A stretch of DNA of 63,928 nucleotides, counting the filler. It is 5 parts of 5 records of this genome, joined end to end, with 100 filler letters (N's around TTAATTAATTAA, not from the genome) between each part and the next. Parts side by side here need not be neighbours in the genome. Positions count along the whole stretch, not along the records: positions 17,557 to 42,290 come from SRR31156797_1459; positions 42,391 to 52,053 come from SRR31156797_1466; 3 more parts are not named here. The stretch is one strand, 5' to 3'. Positions within the stretch are counted from its first letter, which is position 1. Every line of letters begins with the position of its first letter. A program made the translations under genes and the position numbers. Below are positions 32,110 through 42,846 of the stretch, one piece after another. The notes beneath the pieces were generated by a model. That model had not been told where the DNA came from. It did no database searches and was given only the letters and a program-made list of their open reading frames with translations.

Positions 32110-32919
32110 TTACCATTCGCTCTTGAACTTACGGGCGGTTTTGTCCAATACCCACGAGAGCAAAAGCGTAATCGAAAGATATATGGCTGCCACAGTAAAC
32201 CATATCTCAAAAGTTAGGAAGGTTTCTGAAATTATTGATTGCCCTTGCATAGTCAGGTCGTAGATAGCAACTGTACTGACCAGTGCGGAGTCTTTAACAA
32301 GGGCGATAGCCTGTCCAGCAAGAGGAGGGGCGATCCGTGGTACGGCCTGTGGAAGAATGACATTCACGTATGCGAATCTTTTATCCCCACCTAAGCTGAA
32401 GGCAGCTTCCCATTGCCCTCTGTCGATGGAGGTTATTCCTGCCCTGAAAATTTCAGACGCATAGGCTCCTTCAAAAAGACTGAGGGCGATGACTGATGCC
32501 CAGAATCCATCAATGCTAATAATGGGGGCGGCTACAAAGTAAATGAAAAAGAGCTGGATCAACAAAGGGGTGTTGCGGATTATTTCCAGATAGATGCGGG
32601 CAATCGCTTTGGCGGTAAATGAACCGGATAAACGCATAATTGCTGTTCCCAGCCCGATTACAAAGGTCAGCACAAAGCTTAACCCTGTAATTTTAAGGGT
32701 AACTCCAAGTCCTTCCAATAGCGGACCGGGAATGAACTCTCCTTCATTGAAGCTGAAAATGAAACCCGGAACTCGAAACCACTGCCAGTTATAGCCAAGT
32801 GATTCCGTACCTTTGTACAAAAGGTAGCAGAAACAGGATATAATTATACAGAAGAGCAGGGAGTCAAAAACTAATTTTTTATTATCGGCCTTAAACTGTT
32901 GGCCTTCAGAGTCGAACAT
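32110..32919 (-). CDS. Polar amino-acid ABC permease
   Basis: RNTPLLIQ, EIFRAGI, GQWEAA, KDSAL. Confidence 0.9.
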   Translation of the reverse strand: MFDSEGQQFKADNKKLVFDSLLFCIIISCFCYLLYKGTESLGYNWQWFRVPGFIFSFNEGEFIPGPLLEGLGVTLKITGLSFVLTFVIGLGTAIMRLSGSFTAKAIARIYLEIIRNTPLLIQLFFIYFVAAPIISIDGFWASVIALSLFEGAYASEIFRAGITSIDRGQWEAAFSLGGDKRFAYVNVILPQAVPRIAPPLAGQAIALVKDSALVSTVAIYDLTMQGQSIISETFLTFEIWFTVAAIYLSITLLLSWVLDKTARKFKSEW

Positions 32920-33144
32920 TCTACGTAAGTACTATTAAATTAGACACAAATCTAGAAGGTTATTTAATTCGTCAAGTCAATGACAATTTGGATGAAATGC
33001 TGGTGTTTTTTTACTGTTATGATGCGAATTTAATTTTGAAGCGGCTTTATTTTGTCGTTATTTTGTGTATAAAAATGTCTCGGTTCCTTTTTTGAATTCC
33101 AGATTTAGACAACTTAGTTGCCTTTTTTAAATTATGGAGGAAAA

Positions 33145-33903
33145 ATGAATAGGGAAATAGTCAGGTTTGTACAGAACAGATTGAATGATGAAGGATTTAA
33201 CCTTGCCTGTGACGGTATTGCTGGCCCTAAAACCATTGGAGCTTTGAGAAGCTTGGCGGTAATTGGGGAGCACTGGACAAGGCGTGAGTGCCTTGCCGGG
33301 TATCTGCAAATGTTGATGGGCAAAATTTCGAGTCCTGTAGTAATCAATGGACGATGGACAAACGAAACTGATGCAATGTACCGCAAGTTGAAATTTCATT
33401 TTGATTCAATTGCCGGCATTGCGCATAGTCCACTTAAATGGCCTTCTCAAAACGAAGATGAATTGCATAAATTCTATGGAAAAGTGGGACAGAATCAAAT
33501 CCGGCTTCATCTTCCATATCCACACGTTCTTGCCTGGAATCCCGAGAAGGTTGTTAATTCATATTTCTGTCATGAAAAGGTTCATGACAGCCTGGAGAGG
33601 GTGCTGCACAGGGTTCATGAACATTATGGATATGATCAAATACAGGAATTAAATCTTGATAAGTGGGGCGGGTGTTTGAATGTCCGTAGAATACGACAGG
33701 GCAGCCGTTACTCAACCCACAGTTGGGGAATTGCGGTTGATTACGATCCTGCACATAATCAGCTTAAATGGGGTCGTGATAAAGCAATCTTTGCGCAGCC
33801 GGAGTATGACAAGTGGTGGGAGTTTTGGACTGAGGAAGGCTGGACCAGTTTAGGTCTGAGTAAGAATTATGATTGGATGCACATACAAGCTGCTGCAATA
33901 TAG
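33145..33903 (+). CDS. Peptidoglycan-binding domain plus M15 metallopeptidase
   Basis: DGIAGPKT PG-binding motif; STHSWGIAVD and DWMH zinc motifs; GGAGG RBS. Confidence 0.8.
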   Translation: MNREIVRFVQNRLNDEGFNLACDGIAGPKTIGALRSLAVIGEHWTRRECLAGYLQMLMGKISSPVVINGRWTNETDAMYRKLKFHFDSIAGIAHSPLKWPSQNEDELHKFYGKVGQNQIRLHLPYPHVLAWNPEKVVNSYFCHEKVHDSLERVLHRVHEHYGYDQIQELNLDKWGGCLNVRRIRQGSRYSTHSWGIAVDYDPAHNQLKWGRDKAIFAQPEYDKWWEFWTEEGWTSLGLSKNYDWMHIQAAAI

Positions 33904-33908
33904 GAGTA

Positions 33909-33946
33909 AAATCCCTCTCGATTCCGCAGAACTGAGAGGGATTTTT
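33909..33946. terminator. Terminator between convergent genes
   Basis: AAATCCCTCTC..GAGAGGGATTT. Confidence 0.7.
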
Positions 33947-33965
33947 CATTGCGGTGGGAATGGTT

Positions 33966-34952
33966 TTACATCATTCCGGCTACTTTATTCATCAAACGGA
34001 CGAGCTGGTTGGTGAAGCTTGCTTCATTGTCGTACCAGATGATGAGCTTGAGCATTTTTCCGTCCATTACTTCGGTCAGCGGACCGTCAACAACACCGCC
34101 ATGGGTATCGCCAAGATAGTCGGTGGAAACGAGGGGCTTTTCTGTGTAGCCCATGTGCTCGTTAGCAGCCTTGGCAAGCACGGCGTTAACTTCTTCCTTG
34201 GTGGTTTCGCGACCGAGATCACAGGTCAGGTCCACGAGGGAGACGTTAGGTGTGGGAACGCGGATAGACATGCCGTCCAGCTTACCTTCCAGTTCCGGGA
34301 TAACCATGGTTACGGCTTTAGCTGCGCCAGTGGTGGTCGGCACCATGTTTACTGCACAGGCACGGGCACGACGGATATCTTTGTGGGAGCCGTCCAGAAC
34401 CCTCTGGCTCATGGTGTAGGCATGAACAGTGGTCATCAGGCCGCGTTCAAGGCCGAATTCTTCGTTGATGACTTTGGCAACAGGAGCAAGACAGTTAGTG
34501 GTGCAGGATGCGCCGGAAATAATATTGTGTTCCGGTTTGATGTCACCATCATTCACACCCATGACAATTGTGGTGTCGGAATCAATTCCGGGTGAGCTGA
34601 GGATAACTTTCTTAGCACCGCAAGCCATGTGCTTTTCACAGCTGGCACGGTCACGGAATTTACCTGTTGTTTCAACAACCATGTCGCAACCGAGATCTTT
34701 CCAGAGCCACTCGCCGGGAGCGCATCTGGTTACTTTGATCTGCTTGCCATTGATGGTGAAACCGTCATCGTTGGCTTCCACATCGGCATGGTAAGTTCCG
34801 TGAACGGAATCGTGCTTAAAAAGAAGAGCGAGGTCTTCATTTGATGCACGGGCGTTGATGGCAACAAGATCAAAATCCTTACTGTCGTGAATCAGGCGGA
34901 CGAGGTAGCGCCCGATTCTGCCAAATCCATTAATACCTACTTTTACAGCCAT
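33966..34952 (-). CDS. gap: Glyceraldehyde-3-phosphate dehydrogenase type I
   Basis: GINGFGRIGR, ASCTTNCL, WYDNE. Confidence 0.96.
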   Translation of the reverse strand: MAVKVGINGFGRIGRYLVRLIHDSKDFDLVAINARASNEDLALLFKHDSVHGTYHADVEANDDGFTINGKQIKVTRCAPGEWLWKDLGCDMVVETTGKFRDRASCEKHMACGAKKVILSSPGIDSDTTIVMGVNDGDIKPEHNIISGASCTTNCLAPVAKVINEEFGLERGLMTTVHAYTMSQRVLDGSHKDIRRARACAVNMVPTTTGAAKAVTMVIPELEGKLDGMSIRVPTPNVSLVDLTCDLGRETTKEEVNAVLAKAANEHMGYTEKPLVSTDYLGDTHGGVVDGPLTEVMDGKMLKLIIWYDNEASFTNQLVRLMNKVAGMM

Positions 34953-35144
34953 TGCTTGTTTTCTCCTTATTCTGTCTAAGAAATCTCGAAACCCGGACAG
35001 CTTCCCTAGCTTGTCCGGTTATATTCAAAATTTCAGAGGCTGAACACTTTGGGCCGCGATTTTCCCTGGTTGCGGCGTGTTCAATGCCCTGAGACATTCT
35101 TCCCTTTGGCATCTTATATAGATGCGGGTCCCTGGTTTATAATA

Positions 35145-35182
35145 TACAGGCCGTTAATTCCCTAAAAAACGGCCTGTAAAAA
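35145..35182 (-). terminator. Hairpin after fba
   Basis: TACAGGCCGTT..AACGGCCTGTA. Confidence 0.55.
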
Positions 35183-36106
35183 TTATGCGGTATTGGAACA
35201 GCCCAGCACGTTGATGATCTTGTGGCGGACCATTTCTTTAACAGCCTTGCGGGATTCACCCAGATATCCCCTCGGGTCAAAGACTGTGGGGTTCTCGGCC
35301 ATGAACTTACGGATAACACCGGTCATTGCAAGGCGGATGTCGGTGTCGATGTTGATTTTGCAGACTGCTTTGGATGCAGCTTTGCGTAGGAGGTCTTCGG
35401 GGACGCCCTTTGCTCCGGCGATATCGCCGCCGAACTCATTGGCCATGGCTACAAATTCGGGAACAACGCTGGATGCGCCGTGCAGAACGATGGGGTAGTT
35501 GGGCATCAAAGAACTGATTTTATCAAGACGGTCAAAATCAAGTTTTGCTTCACCGGTGAATTTGTATGCGCCGTGGCTGGTGCCGATGGCGATGGCGAGG
35601 GAGTCGCAGCCTGTGCGTTCTACGAATTCAACAGCTTCGTCGGGATCAGTGTAGATGGTCTTGTCGGAAACAACATCTTCTTCAACGCCTGCGAGACGTC
35701 CAAGCTCGGCTTCAACCCACACGCCTCTTTCGTGGGCATATTCGACTACTTTTTGGGTTTCAGCGATGTTTTCCTCAAAAGGAAGATGTGAACCATCAAT
35801 CATGACAGAGGTGAATCCGCCGTCGATTACTTCTTTGCAGATCTCAAAGTTTGCGCCGTGGTCGAGATGAAGCACTACCGGCAGGTCGGTGTCCAGAAGT
35901 GCAGCTTCCATCAGTTTCATGATGTAGCCCAGTCCGGCGTATTTTTTAGCACCGGCGGAAACCTGAAGAATGAGGGGAGCGTTCTCCTCGCTACCTGCTT
36001 CCATGATTCCCTGAATGATCTCCATGTTGTTCACGTTGAACGCGCCAATGGCATAGCCGCCGGCATAGGCTCCCTCGAACATTTCCTTGGGCGAAACTAG
36101 TGGCAT
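35183..36106 (-). CDS. fba: Class II fructose-1,6-bisphosphate aldolase
   Basis: HLDHG, SVMIDGS, EAELG, GTSHGAYK, VLHGAS, KINIDTD. Confidence 0.96.
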   Translation of the reverse strand: MPLVSPKEMFEGAYAGGYAIGAFNVNNMEIIQGIMEAGSEENAPLILQVSAGAKKYAGLGYIMKLMEAALLDTDLPVVLHLDHGANFEICKEVIDGGFTSVMIDGSHLPFEENIAETQKVVEYAHERGVWVEAELGRLAGVEEDVVSDKTIYTDPDEAVEFVERTGCDSLAIAIGTSHGAYKFTGEAKLDFDRLDKISSLMPNYPIVLHGASSVVPEFVAMANEFGGDIAGAKGVPEDLLRKAASKAVCKINIDTDIRLAMTGVIRKFMAENPTVFDPRGYLGESRKAVKEMVRHKIINVLGCSNTA

Positions 36107-36300
36107 GTAATCCTCCTTAGTGGATAACTATACTTAAATGATGACACGGCATTTTCCCTGAAATTATTATCTGGCTGACAATATATTATGTCTGCCACAC
36201 TTCCCTTATTCAGTTGCAGTTGCCGCAAATTGGTTCCAAATACACTTTATATATCCTATCAGGAAACAAAATGTCCATATACTCTTTAAAAAGATATGGA

Positions 36301-37056
36301 CTATATACCGAAGCTTTGCTCCAGAGTTGCTATTGCCTCCCGATCGGTGAAATCAAAATGCAACGGTGTCATAGTGATATGTCCCTTTGTCAGCAGGTCC
36401 CTGTCTGTGCCGGGGCTGATTTTTTCTTTGGGCATGACACCGTCCAGCCAGTAATATTTATGGCCGCGCGGGTCTTCACGCGCTTCATACCAGTCCTGCC
36501 ATGAGACTCTGGTATGGCGGCATATTTTCAGTTCTTCGGCATCCTTGACCGGGACTGCCGGAAAATTAAGGTTGACAACAGTTTTTGCGCCAAGACTGTC
36601 CCAAGGAATTTTTTTGAGCAGTTTGGCGCAGTAATCTCCCTGATCGGTCAACTCTTCCGGTTTAAAGCTGTCGTAAGAAACTGCCATGGCCGGAAACCCC
36701 ATAAGCGCACCTTCGGTTGCAGCAGAAACTGTTCCCGAGTATAGGATATCAACACCGACGTTGGCTCCGCTGTTGATACCTGAAACAACGATGTCAGGTT
36801 TTGTTTCCAGCAGGGTGGTCAGGCCGAGCTTGACGCAATCGACCGGAGTCCCGTAAACACCCAGCCCGGTAAAACCGTCTTCTTCAAATTTCTTGACTCG
36901 AAGGGGCGAAGAGAGCGATACGGCGTGTCCCACCGCGGATTGTTCCGCAACAGGGGCGACCACTTGAACATTCATTCCGGCCCTTTTCAGGCCGTGATAG
37001 AGGGCGCGCAGGCCCACAGCCTGAATGCCGTCATCGTTGGTCAGAAGTATATTCAT
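36301..37056 (-). CDS. surE: 5'/3'-nucleotidase SurE
   Basis: LLTNDDG, GTPVDC, SGINSGAN, YSGTV. Confidence 0.95.
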   Translation of the reverse strand: MNILLTNDDGIQAVGLRALYHGLKRAGMNVQVVAPVAEQSAVGHAVSLSSPLRVKKFEEDGFTGLGVYGTPVDCVKLGLTTLLETKPDIVVSGINSGANVGVDILYSGTVSAATEGALMGFPAMAVSYDSFKPEELTDQGDYCAKLLKKIPWDSLGAKTVVNLNFPAVPVKDAEELKICRHTRVSWQDWYEAREDPRGHKYYWLDGVMPKEKISPGTDRDLLTKGHITMTPLHFDFTDREAIATLEQSFGI

Positions 37057-37215
37057 CAGTTTTCTCCGGTGGACATTTCAAAAATAATTGGACAGTCTTC
37101 CCGTGGGTTGACTATGAATACAAATTCCGGGCAGTTATATAAAAATGCCGTTGACAAGTTTAAAAATATCGTTGCCTGTTGGCGAGGTATCAAAGCAATT
37201 CAGGAATAGCAAGAA

Positions 37216-38250
37216 GTGTCACAAAAATATACATATATTAAAGATCTTATAAACGGGGAGAGAGTCAAGGATATCTTTCTCATCGGCGATGCCCAGCTGC
37301 GTGAATCAAGAAACGGGCCGTTTTGGAATCTACGGTTGCAGGATAATTCCGGAGCGGTTGAGGCAAAAATCTGGAGTCCATTAAGTCAATCTTTTCCGTC
37401 GCTTGAAGCAGGAATGTTTGTTGTTGCCGGAGGCATGGTTGGATCATTCAGGGATAAACCGCAGTTGACTGTGGAAGTCCTTGATATCCTTAATCCTGAA
37501 TACGCCGGATTGGATATCACCGATTTTCTTCCTTCGAGCAAAGAAAAGCCCGAAGACATGATGCAGGAGCTGGACTACCTTATTGCCGAGCATATGGTCC
37601 ATATTCCTTGGAAAAAGTTTTGCCGGAAGGTGCTTAGGGATGAGATAATCTATAATCGTCTTTTGACCGCCACCGGAGCTAAAGCCGTCCATCATGCTTA
37701 TGTTGGTGGACTTTTGGAGCACACATTGGCTGTAGCCAAGCTGTGTATGTCCATTTGCGACAATTATCCTGAGGTTGACCGCCAGGTGGTTCTGGCAGCG
37801 GCTATTTTTCATGATCTGGGTAAAGCATGGGAACTTTCCGGTGGCCTTACCAATGATTATACCGATGAAGGGCGGCTACTTGGTCACATCCATATAGGAG
37901 TGGAAATTCTCGAACCTTTTCTGCAGAAATCTAAGGATCTTGATCCAAGGTTAAAGCTTCACTTGAAGCATTTGGTTCTTTCGCACCATGGGGAATATGA
38001 ATTCGGGGCCCCCAAGCGTCCGAAGACACCCGAAGCTTTTATTTTACATTTTGCTGACAATATTGATGCAAAAATGAATACAATTTTCGCGGAATTGGGT
38101 AAGTTGGAAGGCTCAGAAAGTAACTGGACTCCGTATCAGCGGTTTCTGGAAAGATATTTATACAAGGCGGAGAAATCACCTGATAATCCGTCGAGCAAGT
38201 GTGAACTAAAAAAATCGGAGGCTCAATGTTCATTACCTTTGAAGGCATAG
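37216..38250 (+). CDS. OB-fold HD-domain 3'-5' exoribonuclease (YhaM-like)
   Basis: N-terminal OB fold, [23 protein letters not shown]. Confidence 0.88.
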   Translation: MSQKYTYIKDLINGERVKDIFLIGDAQLRESRNGPFWNLRLQDNSGAVEAKIWSPLSQSFPSLEAGMFVVAGGMVGSFRDKPQLTVEVLDILNPEYAGLDITDFLPSSKEKPEDMMQELDYLIAEHMVHIPWKKFCRKVLRDEIIYNRLLTATGAKAVHHAYVGGLLEHTLAVAKLCMSICDNYPEVDRQVVLAAAIFHDLGKAWELSGGLTNDYTDEGRLLGHIHIGVEILEPFLQKSKDLDPRLKLHLKHLVLSHHGEYEFGAPKRPKTPEAFILHFADNIDAKMNTIFAELGKLEGSESNWTPYQRFLERYLYKAEKSPDNPSSKCELKKSEAQCSLPLKA

Positions 38251-38879
38251 AAGGGACCGGCAAAACCACCCAGATCAAGATGCTTACAGCTTTTCTTGAA
38301 GAGTCCGGACATAAAGTTGAAGTTACCCTTGAGCCGGGGGGCAGCCGGATTGGTAAAGAGTTGCGTAAAATTCTGCTCAATATGGATAGCACCGATATTA
38401 CCGGTGAGTGCGAGCTTTTCCTCTATCTGGCTGACCGCGCCCAGCATGTGGGGCAAGTAATAAAACCTGCGGTCGAAGCCGGAAAAATTATTATTTCCGA
38501 CCGTTTTGCGGATTCCACTATCGTTTATCAGGGTTATGGACGAGGGCTTGACCCGAAGCTGCTGCGCGAACTTAATGATGTAGCGGTTTCAGGTAACTGG
38601 CCGGATTTGACAATTCTTTTGGATCTTGATCCTGAAATTGGTCTGAAACGAGCCATGACCCGCAACCTGCAGGAAAATAAAATGCAGGAAGAAGGGCGCT
38701 TTGAAGCTGAGTCTCTTGAGTTCCACAATCGGGTGCGTGAAGGGTACCTGACTTGGGCCGCGCTTAACAATGAAAGAATAGTGGTGGTTAATGCTGACCA
38801 GACTCCTGATGAAATTTTTGAAGAGATTAAAGAAAAAGTAGTAGAACGTATAAAAGGAAATTTTATTATCAACGGTTAA
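38226..38879 (+). CDS. tmk: Thymidylate kinase
   Basis: [25 protein letters not shown]. Confidence 0.95.
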   Translation: MFITFEGIEGTGKTTQIKMLTAFLEESGHKVEVTLEPGGSRIGKELRKILLNMDSTDITGECELFLYLADRAQHVGQVIKPAVEAGKIIISDRFADSTIVYQGYGRGLDPKLLRELNDVAVSGNWPDLTILLDLDPEIGLKRAMTRNLQENKMQEEGRFEAESLEFHNRVREGYLTWAALNNERIVVVNADQTPDEIFEEIKEKVVERIKGNFIING

Positions 38880-38906
38880 GATCTGTTTTTATATGTTTTT
38901 TTGCTG

Positions 38907-38935
38907 AGCGCAGTCCTTTTGGGCTGCGCTTTTTT
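38907..38935 (+). terminator. Intrinsic terminator after tmk
   Basis: AGCGCAGTCC-TTTT-GGGCTGCGCT followed by a T run. Confidence 0.7.
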
Positions 38936-39364
38936 AATGCCGTGTTATTTTTGGTCAATAGTGTGTGAAGTGCACATTTGTTATTTGCAGGTTAAGGATT
39001 TTGTTTTTAAGAGTAACTAAATGTATTATGATACCTGTTTGATGTATAACAATTTCAAATTAATATTATTTGGTGTAGTTTTTATCTATGAACCATCAAA
39101 ATATGTATCAAAAACAATAATCTTCCATTTGGGGTTGACGCTATCATAGTTAAATGGTTTAAGAGTAATTAGAATTTTCAATACATTAGCATGTGTGTGA
39201 GAGTTGATATCAAAGTGAGACTGGTATCTGGACTCCGGAGCTAGTGGATAAAAATTTAGTGTACATTGCGGCCTTTTTAGGCGGGAGCGTTTCCAGCCTT
39301 GAATTGAAGACTGCAATGTTAGGGGGTAAACCCTACTATCTTTAATTAGAGGATGGAGGTTTTT

Positions 39365-40312
39365 ATGAAATTCTCTGTGGGACTCGGAAAAGATGGAGCG
39401 GAAAAACGCCTTGAGCAGAATGGCGTCTCCCGCCGCGATTTCATGAAGTTCTGCGCAACAACCGCCGCCGTTATGGGTATGGGGCCCGCTTTTGCGCCAA
39501 CTGTCGCGGAAGCCCTGACTCAAAAAAGGCGTCCTTCTGTTGTATATCTGCATGCAGCTGAATGTACAGGCTGCTCAGAAGCTGTTCTTCGTACTGTTTC
39601 TCCTTATATCGATGCTCTTATTCTCGACACCATTTCCCTCGACTACCATGAAACCATCATGGCTGCTGCCGGTCATGCCGCTGAAGAAGCCCTGCATGAA
39701 GCTGTGCATTCTCCTGAAGGTTATATCTGTGTTGTTGAAGGAGCCATCCCCACCATCGAAGGTGGAGCATGGGGTAAAGTGGGTGGTAAAACCATGCTTG
39801 ATATCGTGCAGGAAATCGTCCCTCACGCAAAGGCAACCATCTGCATCGGTACCTGCGCTTGCTACGGCGGTGTTCAGGCTGCTGCACCCAACCCGTCTAA
39901 AGCCAAAGGCGTTTCCGATGCCCTCGGCGGCGTAACTACCGTAAACCTTCCCGGTTGTCCGACCAACCCGTTCAACTTTGTAGGTACCGTTGTTCATTAT
40001 CTGACCAAGGGTGTTCCCGAGCTTGACGATATCGGTCGTCCGACTCTCTTTTACGGTGAGTCCGTGCATGACAACTGCCCGAGACTCAAGCATTTTGATA
40101 ATGATGAATTTGCACCTTCCTTCTCTTCCGAAGAAGCTAAAAAAGGCTACTGCCTCTACGAGCTTGGATGTAAAGGTCCGGACACCTACAATAACTGTCC
40201 GAAAGTCAAGTTTAATCAGACCAACTGGCCTGTTGAGGCTGGTCACCCCTGCATCGGTTGCAGTGAGCCCGATTTCTGGGATGAAATGAGCCCGTTCTAC
40301 GAGCAGGGCTAG
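39365..40312 (+). CDS. Periplasmic [NiFe] hydrogenase small subunit
   Basis: Tat motif SRRDFMK, ECTGCS, GCP, HDNCPR, GCKGP, HPCIGC. Confidence 0.95.
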   Translation: MKFSVGLGKDGAEKRLEQNGVSRRDFMKFCATTAAVMGMGPAFAPTVAEALTQKRRPSVVYLHAAECTGCSEAVLRTVSPYIDALILDTISLDYHETIMAAAGHAAEEALHEAVHSPEGYICVVEGAIPTIEGGAWGKVGGKTMLDIVQEIVPHAKATICIGTCACYGGVQAAAPNPSKAKGVSDALGGVTTVNLPGCPTNPFNFVGTVVHYLTKGVPELDDIGRPTLFYGESVHDNCPRLKHFDNDEFAPSFSSEEAKKGYCLYELGCKGPDTYNNCPKVKFNQTNWPVEAGHPCIGCSEPDFWDEMSPFYEQG

Positions 40313-40369
40313 TGCTGTCAACTACATAGAAGTTTAAAGCTAACTTTCTATTCATTTGGAGGATTGTAT

Positions 40370-42079
40370 ATGTCTGGTTGCAAGGCTAAATCGGGCCCCG
40401 CTGTAGCGGCGACCCCTTTTGATAAAAATTACACCGGTCCGGTGATTGTCGATCCGCTCACCAGAATTGAGGGGCACCTCAAGATTGAAGTGGAAGTCGA
40501 AAACGGTAAAGTAAGTAATGTATGGAGTAGCTCTCAGCTCTTCCGAGGTCTGGAAATTATCCTGAAGGGCCGTGATCCCCGTGATGCACAGCACTTCACC
40601 CAGCGTTCCTGCGGTGTATGTACTTATACCCATGCTCTGGCTTCCACCCGTTGCGTTGACAACGCGGTTGGTGTTGATAAGAATTTGCCTGAGAATGCAC
40701 GTCTTATTCGTAACCTCGTTCTGGGTGCCCAGTATCTGCATGACCACATCGTGCATTTCTATCATCTGCATGCCCTTGACTGGGTTGATGTTGTAAGCGC
40801 ACTTCAGGCAGATCCTGTTAAGGCTGCAAAGATCGCAAACAGCCAGTCTTCCCGCGTTACCAAGCCCGAAGACCTCAAGGCTGTTCAGGAAAAACTGAAA
40901 AAATTTGTTGATTCCGGCCAGCTCGGTATCTTTACCAATGCTTACTTCCTCGGTGGACATGATGCGTACTACCTGCGTCCTGAAGAAAACCTTATTGCTA
41001 CTGCTCACTACCTTGAAGGTCTGCATCTTCAGGTTAAGGCTGCACGTGCAATGGCTGTTTTCGGCGCAAAGAACCCGCACACTCAGTTCACCATCGTGGG
41101 CGGCGTGACTTGCTACGAATCCCTGACTCCTAAACGTATTCAGGAATTCAAGGATCTTTACAACGAAACAATGGCATTTGTTAACGAATGCTATATTCCT
41201 GACCTGCTGATGGTCGCATCTTACTATAAAGATTGGGCCGGAATCGGTGGTACTACCAACTTCCTGACCTTCGGTGAATTCCCGGATGTGGAAGCTGACA
41301 TCAACAGCCGCTTCCTCGAACAGGGCGTAATTATGAACCGTGACCTCAGTAATGTCATGGATTTCAACCCCGATTCCATTAAAGAAGATATCAGCCATAG
41401 CTGGTATGACGGTGATTCTTCTCTGCATCCGTACGATGGTGAGACTGAACCCAAGTACACCAACTATGAAGACCGTGATCGCTACTCATGGATGAAGGCT
41501 CCCCGCTACAAAGGCGAATCAATGGAAGTTGGTCCGTTGGCACAGATGCTGGTTTCATATGCTCGTGGCAATAAGGACGTTGTCCCTGTTGTTAACCATG
41601 TCCTCTCCACTCTCGGTGTTGGACCTGAAGCATTATTCTCCACTCTTGGTAGAACTGCTGCCCGCGGTATTGAAACCGTTGTCGCCGGTAATAAAATGGT
41701 CGATTGGGTTAATAACCTTGAAGACAACGTTGCTTCCGGCAACACTGATCTTGCGGTTGAGTGGGAAATGCCTGACGAAGCTGAAGGTGTCGGATTTGTT
41801 GGCGCACCTCGCGGCGGTCTGTCTCATTGGATTAAAATCAAGGGCGGCAAGATCGAAAACTTCCAGCTGGTTGTACCTTCAACATGGAACCTCGGTCCCC
41901 GTTGTAATCAGAACAAGATGTCCGCAGTTGAAGAAGCGCTCATGGGAACACCTATTGCTGATCCCAAGCGTCCTGTTGAGATTCTGCGTACCGTTCACTC
42001 CTATGACCCCTGTATCGCTTGTGGCGTACACGTCATTGATGCAGCGACCAACGAAGTTCATAAGTTCAAGATTCTCTAG
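40370..42079 (+). CDS. Periplasmic [NiFe] hydrogenase large subunit
   Basis: RIEGH, RSCGVC, DPCIACGVH plus cleavable tail; Cys rather than Sec. Confidence 0.96.
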   Translation: MSGCKAKSGPAVAATPFDKNYTGPVIVDPLTRIEGHLKIEVEVENGKVSNVWSSSQLFRGLEIILKGRDPRDAQHFTQRSCGVCTYTHALASTRCVDNAVGVDKNLPENARLIRNLVLGAQYLHDHIVHFYHLHALDWVDVVSALQADPVKAAKIANSQSSRVTKPEDLKAVQEKLKKFVDSGQLGIFTNAYFLGGHDAYYLRPEENLIATAHYLEGLHLQVKAARAMAVFGAKNPHTQFTIVGGVTCYESLTPKRIQEFKDLYNETMAFVNECYIPDLLMVASYYKDWAGIGGTTNFLTFGEFPDVEADINSRFLEQGVIMNRDLSNVMDFNPDSIKEDISHSWYDGDSSLHPYDGETEPKYTNYEDRDRYSWMKAPRYKGESMEVGPLAQMLVSYARGNKDVVPVVNHVLSTLGVGPEALFSTLGRTAARGIETVVAGNKMVDWVNNLEDNVASGNTDLAVEWEMPDEAEGVGFVGAPRGGLSHWIKIKGGKIENFQLVVPSTWNLGPRCNQNKMSAVEEALMGTPIADPKRPVEILRTVHSYDPCIACGVHVIDAATNEVHKFKIL

Positions 42080-42104
42080 TTGGTTCAAGCTTCAAGAAAA
42101 TATT

Positions 42105-42136
42105 ACGGGAGCCTGTTTTGCAGGCTCCCGTTTTTA
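42105..42136 (+). terminator. Intrinsic terminator after the hydrogenase
   Basis: ACGGGAGCCTG-TTTTG-CAGGCTCCCGT followed by a T run. Confidence 0.8.
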
Positions 42137-42290
42137 ATTTCTATCTGAAATATTTAATTTTTTTATTGAATTTTCATTCCAAATTAAGCTAAACAAATTT
42201 ATAGGGATGAAATAGAAGTGGATTGCAAAAAACTTTTTAAAAATCTGTAGCGAAGCATGCTAAAAGGTTTTGAAAAGGGGAGTCCAGAGG

Positions 42291-42390
42291 NNNNNNNNNN
42301 NNNNNNNNNNNNNNNNNNNNNNNNNNNNNNNNNNTTAATTAATTAANNNNNNNNNNNNNNNNNNNNNNNNNNNNNNNNNNNNNNNNNNNN
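42291..42390. other. Artificial contig linker
   Basis: 44 N + TTAATTAATTAA + 44 N. Confidence 0.97.
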
Positions 42391-42846
42391 GGCCCGGCCC
42401 ATGGCCAGCATCTGCTGTTCACCCCCTGACAGTGTCCCGGCCCATTGGCCGTGCCGTTCTTTCAAAACCGGAAAATGGGCAAAAATCCGTTCCACATCCT
42501 TCTTGATGCCGGCGCGATCCCGGCGGGTATAGGCCCCCATCATGAGGTTTTCCCGGACGGTCAACTCCTCGAACACTTCCCGTCCCTCGGGAACATATGA
42601 GATGCCCCGCCTGACAATGACCTCAGCGTCTTTTCCATCGATGCGCTTTCCCATAAATTCGATGGTTCCCTTGTCCGGCTGGTCATCCAGCAAACCCATG
42701 ACGGTCTTTAGTATGGTGGATTTTCCCGCACCGTTGTTCCCTAAGATAGCGGTAATGGTCCCTTCATCCACCGTAAGGGAAACCCCCCTCAAGGCGTAGA
42801 TCAGACCATAAAACGTTTCAATATTTTTGATCTCAAGCAGCATCAT
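42391..42846 (-). CDS. LivF-like ABC ATPase (3' truncated)
   Basis: GNNGAGKST, VPEGR, LSGGEQQM. Confidence 0.9.

Noticed and set aside
34985-35130. 6S RNA or a known riboswitch
   Set aside because: Separate hairpins rather than one long rod with a central bubble; no recognisable aptamer consensus
38950-39350. Rex/CRP-type sites upstream of the hydrogenase
   Set aside because: Only partial matches with wrong spacing in AT-rich DNA
40370-42079. [NiFeSe] hydrogenase
   Set aside because: C-terminal motif is DPCIAC with Cys codons; no in-frame TGA
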